Of a stretch of 64,000 bases of DNA, positions 43,763 through 53,330 are shown piece by piece (position 1 is the first letter of the stretch; each line of letters starts with the position of its first letter). Under the pieces are notes generated by a model. It worked only from the letters and a program-made list of their open reading frames with translations. It did no database searches and had not been told where the DNA came from. The position numbers were made by a program, and so were the translations under genes. The DNA comes from a virus. The DNA lies in IMG/VR virus record IMGVR_UViG_3300049489_001336, positions 96,001 to 160,000 of that record; one strand, written 5' to 3'.

Positions 43763-44380
43763 CTAAAACCCCAGTGTGCTAAGGAATTCTTCTACGAGAT
43801 CTCGCAGAAGATACAATTCCCGCCCTTTGTTGTCGATGACATAATCTTCTTTTATCTCGCTTAATTCCGTTTCTGATTTATGCGAGGATGTTTGCAAGTC
43901 CGCTTCGGGGCGCTTCACGCGTACGATCAAACCGCCTGCGTTTTGTATCGCATTTGCCTCGGACAGAAAGCGAATGTCAGACACCACCACAAGCTTTGTA
44001 TGGTTGCTCGGGTGGTCGAGGAGCTTGCGCGCACGTCCAATCATAAGTTTCGACCAAACGTCTTCGTGGACATGGCGAAACCCTTCTGTACCTACGTACT
44101 GCAAAATACGCCGCCCACTCCAACCGGGGACGCTTTCTAAAAGCGCTTCTTTTTGGGCTTGAGAGCCGTAGAACGCTTCGCGAGGAACATCGAACGCCGT
44201 CGAGAACACGTCAAAGCACATTTCTTTGAGCGGATCTGCACAGGCAATTTTGGTTGCTTGGTGGAAGTGTTTGCTGCGGAGCTTGACAAGCTCGCAGATA
44301 AAGTCTGAAACGGTGTCTTTGCCTGCCCCTGCGCGGCCAGTAATCCCAAGGATGGGCGTTGCCAATTCAATTTTTGCCAT
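43763..44380 (-). CDS. deoxynucleoside monophosphate kinase
   Basis: GITGRAGAGKDT, ADPLK, RRILQYVGTEGFR, SDIRFLSE, HKSE. Confidence 0.9.
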   Translation of the reverse strand: MAKIELATPILGITGRAGAGKDTVSDFICELVKLRSKHFHQATKIACADPLKEMCFDVFSTAFDVPREAFYGSQAQKEALLESVPGWSGRRILQYVGTEGFRHVHEDVWSKLMIGRARKLLDHPSNHTKLVVVSDIRFLSEANAIQNAGGLIVRVKRPEADLQTSSHKSETELSEIKEDYVIDNKGRELYLLRDLVEEFLSTLGF

Positions 44381-44431
44381 CCGCGCAAGATATCAAATAC
44401 ACATTTAGGTGTAAATGGCTATGCTTATGCC

Positions 44432-44728
44432 ATGAATACAGTAACAGTACGTGGAGTACTCAAAACATGTCCCGCAACGGGCGCACGTAAATGGGCGGGT
44501 TACGTGTCAGAAGACACAGAAGTACCTGCTGGTTTGGTGGCAGCCTCAATTGAGGTGTTGGACCCTGAAGACCAGACGGGTAATCGCTGGATTTTAGCAG
44601 TCTCGGAGCCCTTGACGCCTTTGGATTCTGCGACATTAGACGCGCTTGCGCAGGGAGACGCTGTGCGCTTGGCAAAGTCTAAGCTAACCGACGCAGACCT
44701 CGCGGCATTGGGTCTCACGCGCGAATAG
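44432..44728 (+). CDS. hypothetical protein, probably leaderless
   Basis: TATGCT-N6-ATG; isolated plus-strand ORF. Confidence 0.55.
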   Translation: MNTVTVRGVLKTCPATGARKWAGYVSEDTEVPAGLVAASIEVLDPEDQTGNRWILAVSEPLTPLDSATLDALAQGDAVRLAKSKLTDADLAALGLTRE

Positions 44729-44735
44729 CTAAAAA

Positions 44736-45217
44736 AGAGTGAGTGCCTTGAGTAGCCTACTTGCTACACAGTAGGCTGTGCTTTGTCACGAGATAAGAGA
44801 GTCGATCTCGTGATTAAGCGTGTGCATAAAACATCTCAGTGACGGAGCGTCACTGGTTGCGTGTTCACGCGCGCACCCACTCTTAAACTCTACCTTGGTT
44901 ATCTGGAAGACCAAGTCCGAAGGACAGGGTCTGACTTTTACTTTTTAACCACCAAAGGCCTATTTATGCATGACGGAACATCATGCCGATAAGGATCTTG
45001 TCATCAAGACGCGTAGAGTTTAACCATGCTTTTTAGTTTGGCCTGGAGCCGTGCTGGAGTGTGCGAAATTTCTCATGCGACCGACCGAAAATTTCGCGAC
45101 ACGGAAGCTTCGGCGCAAGGGCCCGACGTCGTATTAAGCGTGCTTAATCGCGTCGGTGTTCTATTTGATCAGCGGTACACTGATGCGTTTATCCTAGGAT
45201 GCCATGGTCAAACAAAA
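44736..45217. ncRNA. candidate structured RNA region of three abutting multi-branched domains
   Basis: Closing stems at 44736-46/44873-83, 44883-93/45013-23 and 45031-43/45206-17, each enclosing 3-4 hairpins. Confidence 0.5.
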
Positions 45218-45220
45218 CTA

Positions 45221-46222
45221 TTACGACTTACGCTGCGAACCGTTGTTCTCGGCGCGCACCGTTTGCAGGTCGCGAAGCTCGGTAAGAGCCTGACGACCCG
45301 AAGCAGCGTCGAGCGCCTTTTCGGACAAAGAAACGTTCTTGGCGTAGGCTTCGCTGAGCTTGACGCCAAGGTCCGTGACTTGTGCGCTGAGGCGAGAAAC
45401 CTCGTCCTTCGCAGCATGCAGTTGTGCTTGTAGTTGGGCCACTTGAGACGCGTGGTCGCGCGAAGCCAGTTCGGACGCGTGCTTGTGATCGCGAGAAATG
45501 GCACTTGCAACAGTAGCCACTTCCTTCTTCACCGCAGCGTCGATTTCATCCTGGATGCCAGCAATGCGAGTCATTGCAGCAATAAATTCAGACTCGCGCG
45601 CCTTGAGGGCGCTTTCACGAGACTGGAAGTTACGTTCGAATTCCGCCGCGCGAAGGCTTTCGGCCCGCTTGGCGTCTTCCATGGCGTTTTTCCACACGGT
45701 CTCTTCGTTCCGGCGACGGAGATCTCGCTCGTACTTGTACTGCTCTTCTTCGCGAATGCGCGTCTTAAGCGCTTCGTCGTTTCGTTCCTGGACCAGCTTG
45801 GCGTGTGCGGCCTTTTCGACATCCCACTGCTGACGAAGTGCCGCAATCTCGCTTTCCAGAGCCAACTTCTGCCGGTCATGGTCTTCGACCAACGCGGCAA
45901 GCGACGAACCAATGACCTCTTTGGCAAACAACGCCTCAAGGTCTTTCTGTTTGACCTGAATTGCGAGATCGATCTCTTCGAGACGACGGGTCTTTGCCGT
46001 GAGCGTTTCGCTCAAGCTCGAAAGAGCACGGACGGTGCTCAAGCTGGCGTCCGTGATTTCTTTGACCACGGAGTCTACGGTGATTCCCTGAACCGCTTTG
46101 CGTGCAGTATCTGCGCGGGCTTCTGCTGCTTCACGTTCCTTGGGAGGAATTCCCGAAGCCTGAGACAACTGAGCCTTAAGATTTGCAACGTCGCGTTCGA
46201 GATCTGCTTTGGTCTTACCCAC
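45221..46222 (-). CDS. long coiled-coil protein
   Basis: 333 aa, heptad and EE/RR-rich (RIREEEQYKYERDLRRR). Confidence 0.75.
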   Translation of the reverse strand: MGKTKADLERDVANLKAQLSQASGIPPKEREAAEARADTARKAVQGITVDSVVKEITDASLSTVRALSSLSETLTAKTRRLEEIDLAIQVKQKDLEALFAKEVIGSSLAALVEDHDRQKLALESEIAALRQQWDVEKAAHAKLVQERNDEALKTRIREEEQYKYERDLRRRNEETVWKNAMEDAKRAESLRAAEFERNFQSRESALKARESEFIAAMTRIAGIQDEIDAAVKKEVATVASAISRDHKHASELASRDHASQVAQLQAQLHAAKDEVSRLSAQVTDLGVKLSEAYAKNVSLSEKALDAASGRQALTELRDLQTVRAENNGSQRKS

Positions 46223-46400
46223 AAGTACCTCTGTCTTTTACTTTACCGAATTCAAAAAATGCAGGTGATAAATATATCGCGTTTTTAACGGCAACGCTTG
46301 CTTTTAAGAGGTTTGAAAGGTCTGTAGCGTACACGCTAGTGCAGCGAAAGACCCGCAAACCGAGAAAGTTGCGCAGCAATGCGCGATTAATCAGTATTTT

Positions 46401-46700
46401 TGGCGGTGCGCCAAATTCCGTTTGTAGACGGAGCCGTTGCCGTAATGCTGTGCTCTACAGATAATGCGGACCGGAACCCTGGAAGGGTGTAGGTCCTACA
46501 TTATTTGTATACTGGCTAAGTTTGTTATTATTTAACACTAGCGGTTCACTAGCTTACTGTTTAAGTGCCATTACGAACAGCTATGCTTGAATGCTCAAAA
46601 CTTGGAATCCCGCAAGTTTTGGGCGGATCTCGGAAGGACCCCGCGTAGGGGTACGAAGTTGACGGAACGTCAACCAGGGAGTGGCTTTACCACAACGCCA
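46401..46700 (+). ncRNA. candidate ~300-nt structured RNA with GGA(A) loops
   Basis: TGGCG/CGCCA closing; stems 46457-66/46499-508, 46596-604/46613-21 and 46658-74; wobbles favour the plus strand. Confidence 0.45.
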
Positions 46701-46974
46701 TAGCTGTCACCTCTTCCTGTATTGCCCCGCTTTATTGCATTCGGTGGAGCATTGGAGAGCCATACGCGAAGCGTGGTCGCGCTGGGACTATCATATACAA
46801 GACCGGCGAAACACCGATCGATACAACGATTGCGAAGAGGCCAAAATGATTAAGACTATTCTGGATATACCTTTAAGTCAGGTTGATCTAGTTACTGCAT
46901 TGTGGATCGCACCTTTCTTTATTTGTATTCCAGCTGTCTTTTCTGCGTTCATGAACGCAGGTAAATAAATCCAC

Positions 46975-47420
46975 ACGCCTGGTGTGTAATAATTTTAATT
47001 AAAAGCGTAGCATTTAATTAAAATTATTTGAGCAACGCGTACCACACTGAAAGTGTACACGTATTTAACTACAACGACGGTTCGTCGTCTTGTGAGCTTT
47101 CCGGAATGAAGCTAACTCACAATTTGGTTCGCGTGTGATGACATGCCTGTTATGTGTAAGCGACTTATTACTTAACAACGCAGTTGTTAATTAATAAGGC
47201 AGCGACGTTAGCGTACCGACTTCTTTCGAAGAAATTTTAACGGACTAATAGCGTAGGCGTAAGCCGTAGTTATTAGTACTTTAAAATTGCGTCCCCACAG
47301 GGGTCGAAAGAAGGCGACGCGCAGTATCCTATACAGCCGTGATGGCGATACGCCATCTAAAGGAATTCCTTAGCGCATGTCGTAAATACTGCGTATACCG
47401 AAGTACACGCGTAGTCAAAT
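46975..47420. ncRNA. candidate ~450-nt structured RNA region
   Basis: 16-bp inverted repeat 46988-47003/47013-28; many hairpins; C(UUCG)G hairpin at 47391-47410 on the minus strand right after a GGTAAAAG motif. Confidence 0.45.
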
Positions 47421-47445
47421 TCTTTTACCGTAAAAGGTACATTTA

Positions 47446-48372
47446 TTAGACTGCGACAGGGAATTTGATGGCTGGATGAGGGTCGTAGCCTTCTAGGCGG
47501 AATAAAGACAGAAGCTTCTCAAGAGGAGGCTTTTCTGTAATCAACGCTTCAATGTCTTTGAGCTCTTTAATCGAAGAGTCAATGATAAGTCTAGGAAGCT
47601 CCCTAGGTTCCCTCTTCAACTGTTCTTTGATACCGTCAATTTGGTCTACATAGATATGGGCATCGACAAGGGTATGAGCAAATTCTCCGACCTTCAGGCC
47701 AGACAAGTGTGCCATGAGGTGGAGCAAGAACGAATACCCCGCAAGGTTGTAAGGCACACCAAGAGGCACGTCACAGCTGCGCTGAAGTAGCGCAAGGTTA
47801 AGACGCAACTCTCCTTGTTTGTCGTATTGGGTGTTGAGCACCCAAGTTACGTGACAGGGAGGAAGCTTGCTGGTTTGGGCATTTCCAGGTGCCCACGCAG
47901 AAATCACAATTCTGCGTGATAGGGGGTTTGTTCGCAGCTCGTTGAGCGCGAACTTGATCTGGTCGTTGTACGCAGCAATGGAACCTGTCGTTTGTCCATC
48001 AAAGCTAGAAAGCTTTTGGTGAACAGGAAATCTTACCCAGTAGTTACCGTAACTACTCGGCACTTCACCTGCTTCATCAGCCCAGGGGTCCCAGAACTTC
48101 ACACCGTAATGGCGAAGAAAGTCAATGTTTGTAGCCCCCGACAAAAACCATAGATTCTCAATCACAATATGTTCCCACTTCATCGCCTTGGTGGTCAACA
48201 AAGGGAAACCATTGTTTAAGTCATGTTTATAGAAATACCCAAAGACACCGATCGTATCGACGCCTGTGCGGTTTTCTTTACGGGTACCATTTGTCAAAAT
48301 ATGCTCAGCAAGAGCCAAGTACTGTTCCATTACGGTAATCTCCAATAAAAAGCCCTGCGTGATACTTACCAC
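47446..48372 (-). CDS. thyA: thymidylate synthase
   Basis: RTGVDT, FPLLTTK, WDPWAD, SRRIVISAW, LPPCH, QRSCDVPLGVPYN, DAHIY, YDPHPAIKFPVAV. Confidence 0.97.
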   Translation of the reverse strand: MVSITQGFLLEITVMEQYLALAEHILTNGTRKENRTGVDTIGVFGYFYKHDLNNGFPLLTTKAMKWEHIVIENLWFLSGATNIDFLRHYGVKFWDPWADEAGEVPSSYGNYWVRFPVHQKLSSFDGQTTGSIAAYNDQIKFALNELRTNPLSRRIVISAWAPGNAQTSKLPPCHVTWVLNTQYDKQGELRLNLALLQRSCDVPLGVPYNLAGYSFLLHLMAHLSGLKVGEFAHTLVDAHIYVDQIDGIKEQLKREPRELPRLIIDSSIKELKDIEALITEKPPLEKLLSLFRLEGYDPHPAIKFPVAV

Positions 48373-48399
48373 GCAGGGCTTAAAAGTAATTGAGTAATT

Positions 48400-49296
48400 T
48401 CAGTTCACAAGAGCTTCGGTGTAACCACGGTCCTTGGGCACGATCGTACCGTCAGCAAGGATGGTCACTTCTTCCCCATCGTCGAACTCTTCGCTAGGGT
48501 CTTCTGTGGAAGTCACCGTGTAGCTCTGTACGGTCTGAGCAGCTTCGAGCTTGGCACGCTCTTCGGCTTCTTTCACAGCTTTCGGCTTGCGGCCACGGCG
48601 CTTAGGCTGGGCGGCAGTTTCAGCAACAGGTTGTGCGTCAGTCTTTGGCTTTCGTCCTCGCTTTGCGGGCACGGGGGCGGGAGCAACGTCGACCTTTGGC
48701 TTGCGACCCCGCTTTTTAGGTGCCTCAGCGACTACAGGAGCAGCTTGAACCTTGGGCTTGGGCCCGCGCTTTTTAGGAGCTTCTGCAACAGGAGCTGCAA
48801 CCACGGGATTCTTCGGGGGACGACCGCGACGCTTCGGAGCCTCGGCGGCAACGGGGGCTGCAGCGACAGGGTTCTTCGGCGGACGACCTCGACGCTTGGG
48901 AGCTTCAGCAACAGGAGCTGCCACGGCCACGGGATTCTTCGGTGGGCGGCCCCGACGCTTGGGAGCTTCGGCAATTGGCGCAACAGGCGCCGCGGCAACC
49001 TTAGGCTTGGGCCCGCGCTTCGCAGCAATCTTCGCAACAGGTGCAGGAGCTGCTGTAGCTACTACGGGGCTCGGAAGCTGCAGATTGGCAACGTGCGCAA
49101 ACTGCGTCAGCTGCTTTTTAGCGACGCGCACAGCGTCTTTGTAGCCCCGGACTTCTTCAGCCGTGAGCAGCTTATTCTCAGCAAGCGCGCGTTCCACGGA
49201 ACTGATTGTGTCAGTCAGACGAGCGACCTGATTCTGAGCAAGTCGAAGTCCATATTCGAGGGTACGCAAAGCATTAGGACGGGCAGCCATAAACAA
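48400..49296 (-). CDS. histone-H1/HMGA-like DNA-binding protein with 8 AT-hook-like motifs
   Basis: RRGRPPK x3, RGRKPK x3, RGPKPK x2 in Ala/Pro linkers; acidic tail. Confidence 0.8.
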   Translation of the reverse strand: MFMAARPNALRTLEYGLRLAQNQVARLTDTISSVERALAENKLLTAEEVRGYKDAVRVAKKQLTQFAHVANLQLPSPVVATAAPAPVAKIAAKRGPKPKVAAAPVAPIAEAPKRRGRPPKNPVAVAAPVAEAPKRRGRPPKNPVAAAPVAAEAPKRRGRPPKNPVVAAPVAEAPKKRGPKPKVQAAPVVAEAPKKRGRKPKVDVAPAPVPAKRGRKPKTDAQPVAETAAQPKRRGRKPKAVKEAEERAKLEAAQTVQSYTVTSTEDPSEEFDDGEEVTILADGTIVPKDRGYTEALVN

Positions 49297-49379
49297 CTCC
49301 TACCAATAACTCTTTATTGATTAACGAAATTCAAGTTAGAGTTATTGGCTAGGAGAGTCAAGTAGCGCAGCTGTATTTT

Positions 49380-49787
49380 TTATGCGTTTGCGTCATAAAA
49401 ATCTTGAGCCCCGATACAAATGCTGTCGAACTCTTCGAGCAACGCCGCCTTCTTTTCGGGAGTCATGGTTTTTGCTTCTTCTGCGTTTTGAGGTTGGCCG
49501 TAGGCGATGCGTAATTGAATGGTTGCCAATGCAATTCCGAAAACCGTTTCAATATCGCTTAGTTCGCGCAGCTTTTTCTGTTCGACGACAAAGGCGATGA
49601 GGTCTTCACAGAAGCTCCCGGCACGCGTGATGAACTCTGTCTCCCGTTGTTGCTGATACTTTTTGAGGGCTTCTGGCTTTATTTGTTGGCCCTTGGCCAC
49701 TGAGACGTATTCGGCTTCGCCTCCTGCACTGAGGAACTGCCTGCTGAACGTATCGAGGCCTTTAATACTGATGTCTTGCTTAGCCAT
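49380..49787 (-). CDS. hypothetical protein
   Basis: 135-aa ORF with RBS. Confidence 0.65.
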   Translation of the reverse strand: MAKQDISIKGLDTFSRQFLSAGGEAEYVSVAKGQQIKPEALKKYQQQRETEFITRAGSFCEDLIAFVVEQKKLRELSDIETVFGIALATIQLRIAYGQPQNAEEAKTMTPEKKAALLEEFDSICIGAQDFYDANA

Positions 49788-49893
49788 GTACGGCTCCCTC
49801 TCTGAACTAGATTTAGAAACCTAAAATAAAAAACCCTTCCCTGCAACGCGTGCAAGGAAGGGCTAACGCCTACGTAACCATTGTGAACAGTTA

Positions 49894-50223
49894 TTAGTGC
49901 CCGATGATGCGGCCATTACCTGTTTTATCGGATAGCTGCTTGAGTAAGTCGGCTTTGCTGAGTCGAACACTACGAGGGGTAAACTCGCCACAGTTGGCAC
50001 GAACTTCCCCTTTGCGAACAATGACAGGCTCTGCGCGTTCGCCAGGCTCTGCGCGGGTTACCCCGGAAGGGAACTTCTGACCGGGTCCCTCTTTAGCAGG
50101 GTATTTACTTTTCTTAGCGCACCAACCCCACGCAGTTTCACGCAGGCCGCCTTTGGCAGTCTGTCCGCGCATGACGGGGTCAAAGTGCTCGCAACTGTCG
50201 CAAGGCTTATCGTTGATGGCCAT
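49894..50223 (-). CDS. Cys-containing hypothetical protein
   Basis: CDSCEHF...WCA...C. Confidence 0.65.
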   Translation of the reverse strand: MAINDKPCDSCEHFDPVMRGQTAKGGLRETAWGWCAKKSKYPAKEGPGQKFPSGVTRAEPGERAEPVIVRKGEVRANCGEFTPRSVRLSKADLLKQLSDKTGNGRIIGH

Positions 50224-50228
50224 AGTGG

Positions 50229-50726
50229 TTACATCTTATAAGGGCGTATCTTAAATGACTCAAGTTTTTTCTTGAGCTCTGGGTCAAAATACAGACGCAT
50301 CATCGCTTGGATGAGCTGAAAGCACCCTTCGTCACGGGTACGTGCATTAGGTACGGCAAGCATCCAGCCGTCACCTCGTTGGATATAAAACTTGAGGTTG
50401 GTGCTTTTTTGAACAGGGAGCTGCGCAATCACGAGACCGAACTCTGTAAAAGTTGGTTCAATCTCTTTTCGGTGGGCTACGCAGAACTCAAGTAAACGTA
50501 CGGCCGCAGCTTGGATATGGTCCGTACCAGTTACCGTAATACCCCCGTAGCCTTTCAGTTCAATGGTTGCCGTTGCTGCGTGGGTCTCGTTGTTATCAAT
50601 GTCCTCTGCGTCTACCTCTGGAGGTTCCTGAGCTTCTACTTGACGAGAAGGTGCGGGGGCTGCTGGAACCGCAGAGCGCCAAGGGTCCCGCAATAAACCA
50701 GGTGTTTTTTTACCAGAGGTAGGCAT
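50229..50726 (-). CDS. hypothetical protein
   Basis: 165-aa ORF in operon. Confidence 0.65.
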   Translation of the reverse strand: MPTSGKKTPGLLRDPWRSAVPAAPAPSRQVEAQEPPEVDAEDIDNNETHAATATIELKGYGGITVTGTDHIQAAAVRLLEFCVAHRKEIEPTFTEFGLVIAQLPVQKSTNLKFYIQRGDGWMLAVPNARTRDEGCFQLIQAMMRLYFDPELKKKLESFKIRPYKM

Positions 50727-50732
50727 GCGCTA

Positions 50733-51161
50733 TCACCCTGTGATTAGGATGTTTGAGGAGTGTTTATTTAAACCAGGGTTAGCGCAATCGCAGTGCACAA
50801 AATACACGCGTTCGTTGAGTGAAATGCCCACATCGCTAGGGTCATTAGGGTTTACGGCGCGCGGGTCAAGCACCTGAAACACCGGTTGAACCATGTCTGT
50901 GGCTGCAATGTGTTTCTTACAGCGAACGCATTGTTGGATATCGGGGGTCATTTTCCATTCCTTGGCGGAAGGCTTCTGGCAATCGAAGTGTACCCAAACA
51001 TTTCGTATTTGAGCCCCGATAATACCTAATTCAACTTGCCGCTCAAAGCTCCGTAAGTCGTGGCGCAAGTATGCAGTAAGTACGAGGTGTGTGTCTACAA
51101 AGCCCTTGTCACAGGCGGCGCAGCGGTGAGCAAGAGCTTCGATTTTTAGGCTATCGAGCAC
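50733..51161 (-). CDS. two-repeat zinc-finger (CxxC...HxxC) protein
   Basis: CAAC...HFDC; CVRC...HCDC. Confidence 0.7.
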   Translation of the reverse strand: MLDSLKIEALAHRCAACDKGFVDTHLVLTAYLRHDLRSFERQVELGIIGAQIRNVWVHFDCQKPSAKEWKMTPDIQQCVRCKKHIAATDMVQPVFQVLDPRAVNPNDPSDVGISLNERVYFVHCDCANPGLNKHSSNILITG

Positions 51162-53328
51162 GGTTTTCTAACCCTTTACACACAGCGTCTAGACTTGAGT
51201 GATACTTATGTAGACCTAGCGTGTCAAAGACCCTTTTTCGATAGCGTTTGTTTGGATCGAGTACACGCGTGTCTAACAAGGCAATTAAGCCGCGATCTTT
51301 TTGAGTTCGAATCAGACGCCCAACCCCTTGGCGCAAATCAAAAAGCATTTCGGGAACGTCCACGGCATTAAAGCCTACCCCGAAATTGGAGTAAGTCTCT
51401 TTTCGTGCGGAATTGATGCGATCTTTGAAATTGGGAAACGGCAGTTTCGTAATAATGACTAGAAACAGCTTGTCACCCGGTACGTCGATACCTTCCCAAA
51501 AACTCTTCACTCCCAGAATAGAGGACTGCGGTGTCGCCTTGAATCGTGCGAGTACGTCGGATGCTGCCATCCCATCCTGGGTAAAGAACGGATAGGGGTA
51601 ATTATGCGAATCCAAGTAACGTTGTACGTGCAGCATTTCTGCGCGCGAGGTGAACAGCACAAAGGCGTCGCCGCGATTTGCTGTAAGTAGTCTGCGAATG
51701 ACTTCTGCGGACTTATCGCGGTAGTTGTCTTGAGCAAACCCGCCTTGGGTCACGGGCTCAGGGACGTCTTCTGTTTTAGGAATATACAACAACGCTTGTT
51801 TGGTGATGTCAAAAGGAGACGGAAAGACCTCTGACTGGTACGGGATGTTGGTAACGCCCACCCGTCCTGCAAAGACATCGAAATTATTTTCAAGAGCCAG
51901 CGTCGCCGAAAGATATGTGACGTCTTTCTTAGGCATGAAGCATCCGATGTTTACCGGCATGCTTTTAAGAGTCAGGTATTGCTGACCCTTGAAGAAGGTC
52001 GTGTCGATGTCCCATGTACGATTTTTCTGAGTCCCTGCCAACGCCTCGAATGTCTGTTGGGATTCCTTGACCATGTCTAAGAAGATTTCGAGAACAGCAA
52101 GGCGCTCTTGGTCTTGGTCCAACAGGTTGAATTGGGGCGTAGCAACGCCTCCACCATTGACAGCTGCGGGGCCTGTTGCGTCGTTAACAGGTGCAGTACT
52201 TATTTGGGTGGTGGGATTAACCCCTTTTGCAGCGTAGACAGACTGCAAATATCGCTGCATGGAGTTGTACTTTTGGCCAAATACTTCAGTGATAAACTTT
52301 TCACTGGTGGCTTGGACCAAAACTGCGTCAAGCCATTTCACCGTGTCGGCAACGGACATTTCTGCATACGAAGGCAACACTCTGTCGCCGCTTTGTAGAA
52401 CTCGTTGCAGGTCTTGGAATACGAGGTCCCAAGCAGGTTGAAGTGCTTGTAGTTCTGGGAGCTCTAAAGGTACTGCAGCGTGCGCACTGAGATCATCGAA
52501 TGCTTTTTGGATTTTCGTAGGTTGATCTAAACGCGTTTCGTAGGTGTACGCTTGTCGAATGCCGTCTTCGATTTTATGGGCTTCATCAACAATGAGATGC
52601 TCAAAAGGACCCAATAAGCTGATATTGAGCTCATCCCGGCATTTGTAATGCATGCCGAGGAGCCAGTTATTGGTGACAACGATTTGCGCTTGCGCAACGT
52701 TGTTACGCGCTTTGATATACCCACATTGCTTGTAGTAGCTGCACGATGCACCGATACAGTGCTCTGCGCTCAAGCTTTGATCTAAACGCAAATGCAGTTT
52801 ATCTGCGTCATCCCAACGCCCGTAATCGCTTTGATTGAAGAACGTTTCGTAGTTGGGCCAATTCGCTTTATCGTGCTGCTTTTCGCGTTTGCAGCGGGTG
52901 TAGCAGGCGTAACGGTTTTTTCCGTAGGCTCCAAAGAAGGCAAAATCACCGGAGGGGTGTCCGAGTTTGTTTAAATGGCTTTGGATGTACGGCAGGTCTT
53001 TTTCCAGCAGCTGGGTCTGCAGCGTGACTTTGGCCGTAGAGATAACGATGCGTTTTCCGGAAATGATGGCGGGCAGAAGGTAGGCAAAGCTTTTACCAAC
53101 GCCTGTGCCGGCTTCAAAAAGCGACACTTTGTTGTGGCGAATGCCTTCGGTGACTTCTTCAGCTAAAGAGATCTGCCCCTTTCGAATCTCATTAACAAAT
53201 CCCAACGCAGGCTGACTCAATAAGTCAGCTGCGTCGGGGACTTGCCGTCCTGCACAGTAAATACAGTCATAACCATAGGGTTCGTCTTCGACGAACGGCA
53301 TTGTACTTTTGCAAGATCGGCAATACAT
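51151..53328 (-). CDS. DinG/YoaA-family ATP-dependent helicase with Fe-S cysteines and N-terminal Zn ribbon
   Basis: EAGTGVGKS, STAKVTLQTQL, DEAH, SAT, FWEGIDVPG, QGVGRLIR. Confidence 0.93.
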   Translation of the reverse strand: MYCRSCKSTMPFVEDEPYGYDCIYCAGRQVPDAADLLSQPALGFVNEIRKGQISLAEEVTEGIRHNKVSLFEAGTGVGKSFAYLLPAIISGKRIVISTAKVTLQTQLLEKDLPYIQSHLNKLGHPSGDFAFFGAYGKNRYACYTRCKREKQHDKANWPNYETFFNQSDYGRWDDADKLHLRLDQSLSAEHCIGASCSYYKQCGYIKARNNVAQAQIVVTNNWLLGMHYKCRDELNISLLGPFEHLIVDEAHKIEDGIRQAYTYETRLDQPTKIQKAFDDLSAHAAVPLELPELQALQPAWDLVFQDLQRVLQSGDRVLPSYAEMSVADTVKWLDAVLVQATSEKFITEVFGQKYNSMQRYLQSVYAAKGVNPTTQISTAPVNDATGPAAVNGGGVATPQFNLLDQDQERLAVLEIFLDMVKESQQTFEALAGTQKNRTWDIDTTFFKGQQYLTLKSMPVNIGCFMPKKDVTYLSATLALENNFDVFAGRVGVTNIPYQSEVFPSPFDITKQALLYIPKTEDVPEPVTQGGFAQDNYRDKSAEVIRRLLTANRGDAFVLFTSRAEMLHVQRYLDSHNYPYPFFTQDGMAASDVLARFKATPQSSILGVKSFWEGIDVPGDKLFLVIITKLPFPNFKDRINSARKETYSNFGVGFNAVDVPEMLFDLRQGVGRLIRTQKDRGLIALLDTRVLDPNKRYRKRVFDTLGLHKYHSSLDAVCKGLENRAR

Positions 53329-53330
53329 GG

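Noticed and set aside
45434-46288. Long plus-strand ORFs such as 45434-46288, 48631-49320, 41801-42358, 12461-13018 and 21655-22311
   Set aside because: They are antisense shadows of stronger minus-strand genes with recognisable motifs or low-complexity codon patterns.
46975-47420. Group I intron, RNase P RNA or tmRNA
   Set aside because: It does not interrupt a gene, and the GAGGAAAGUCC, P7 and tmRNA terminal signatures were not found by eye.
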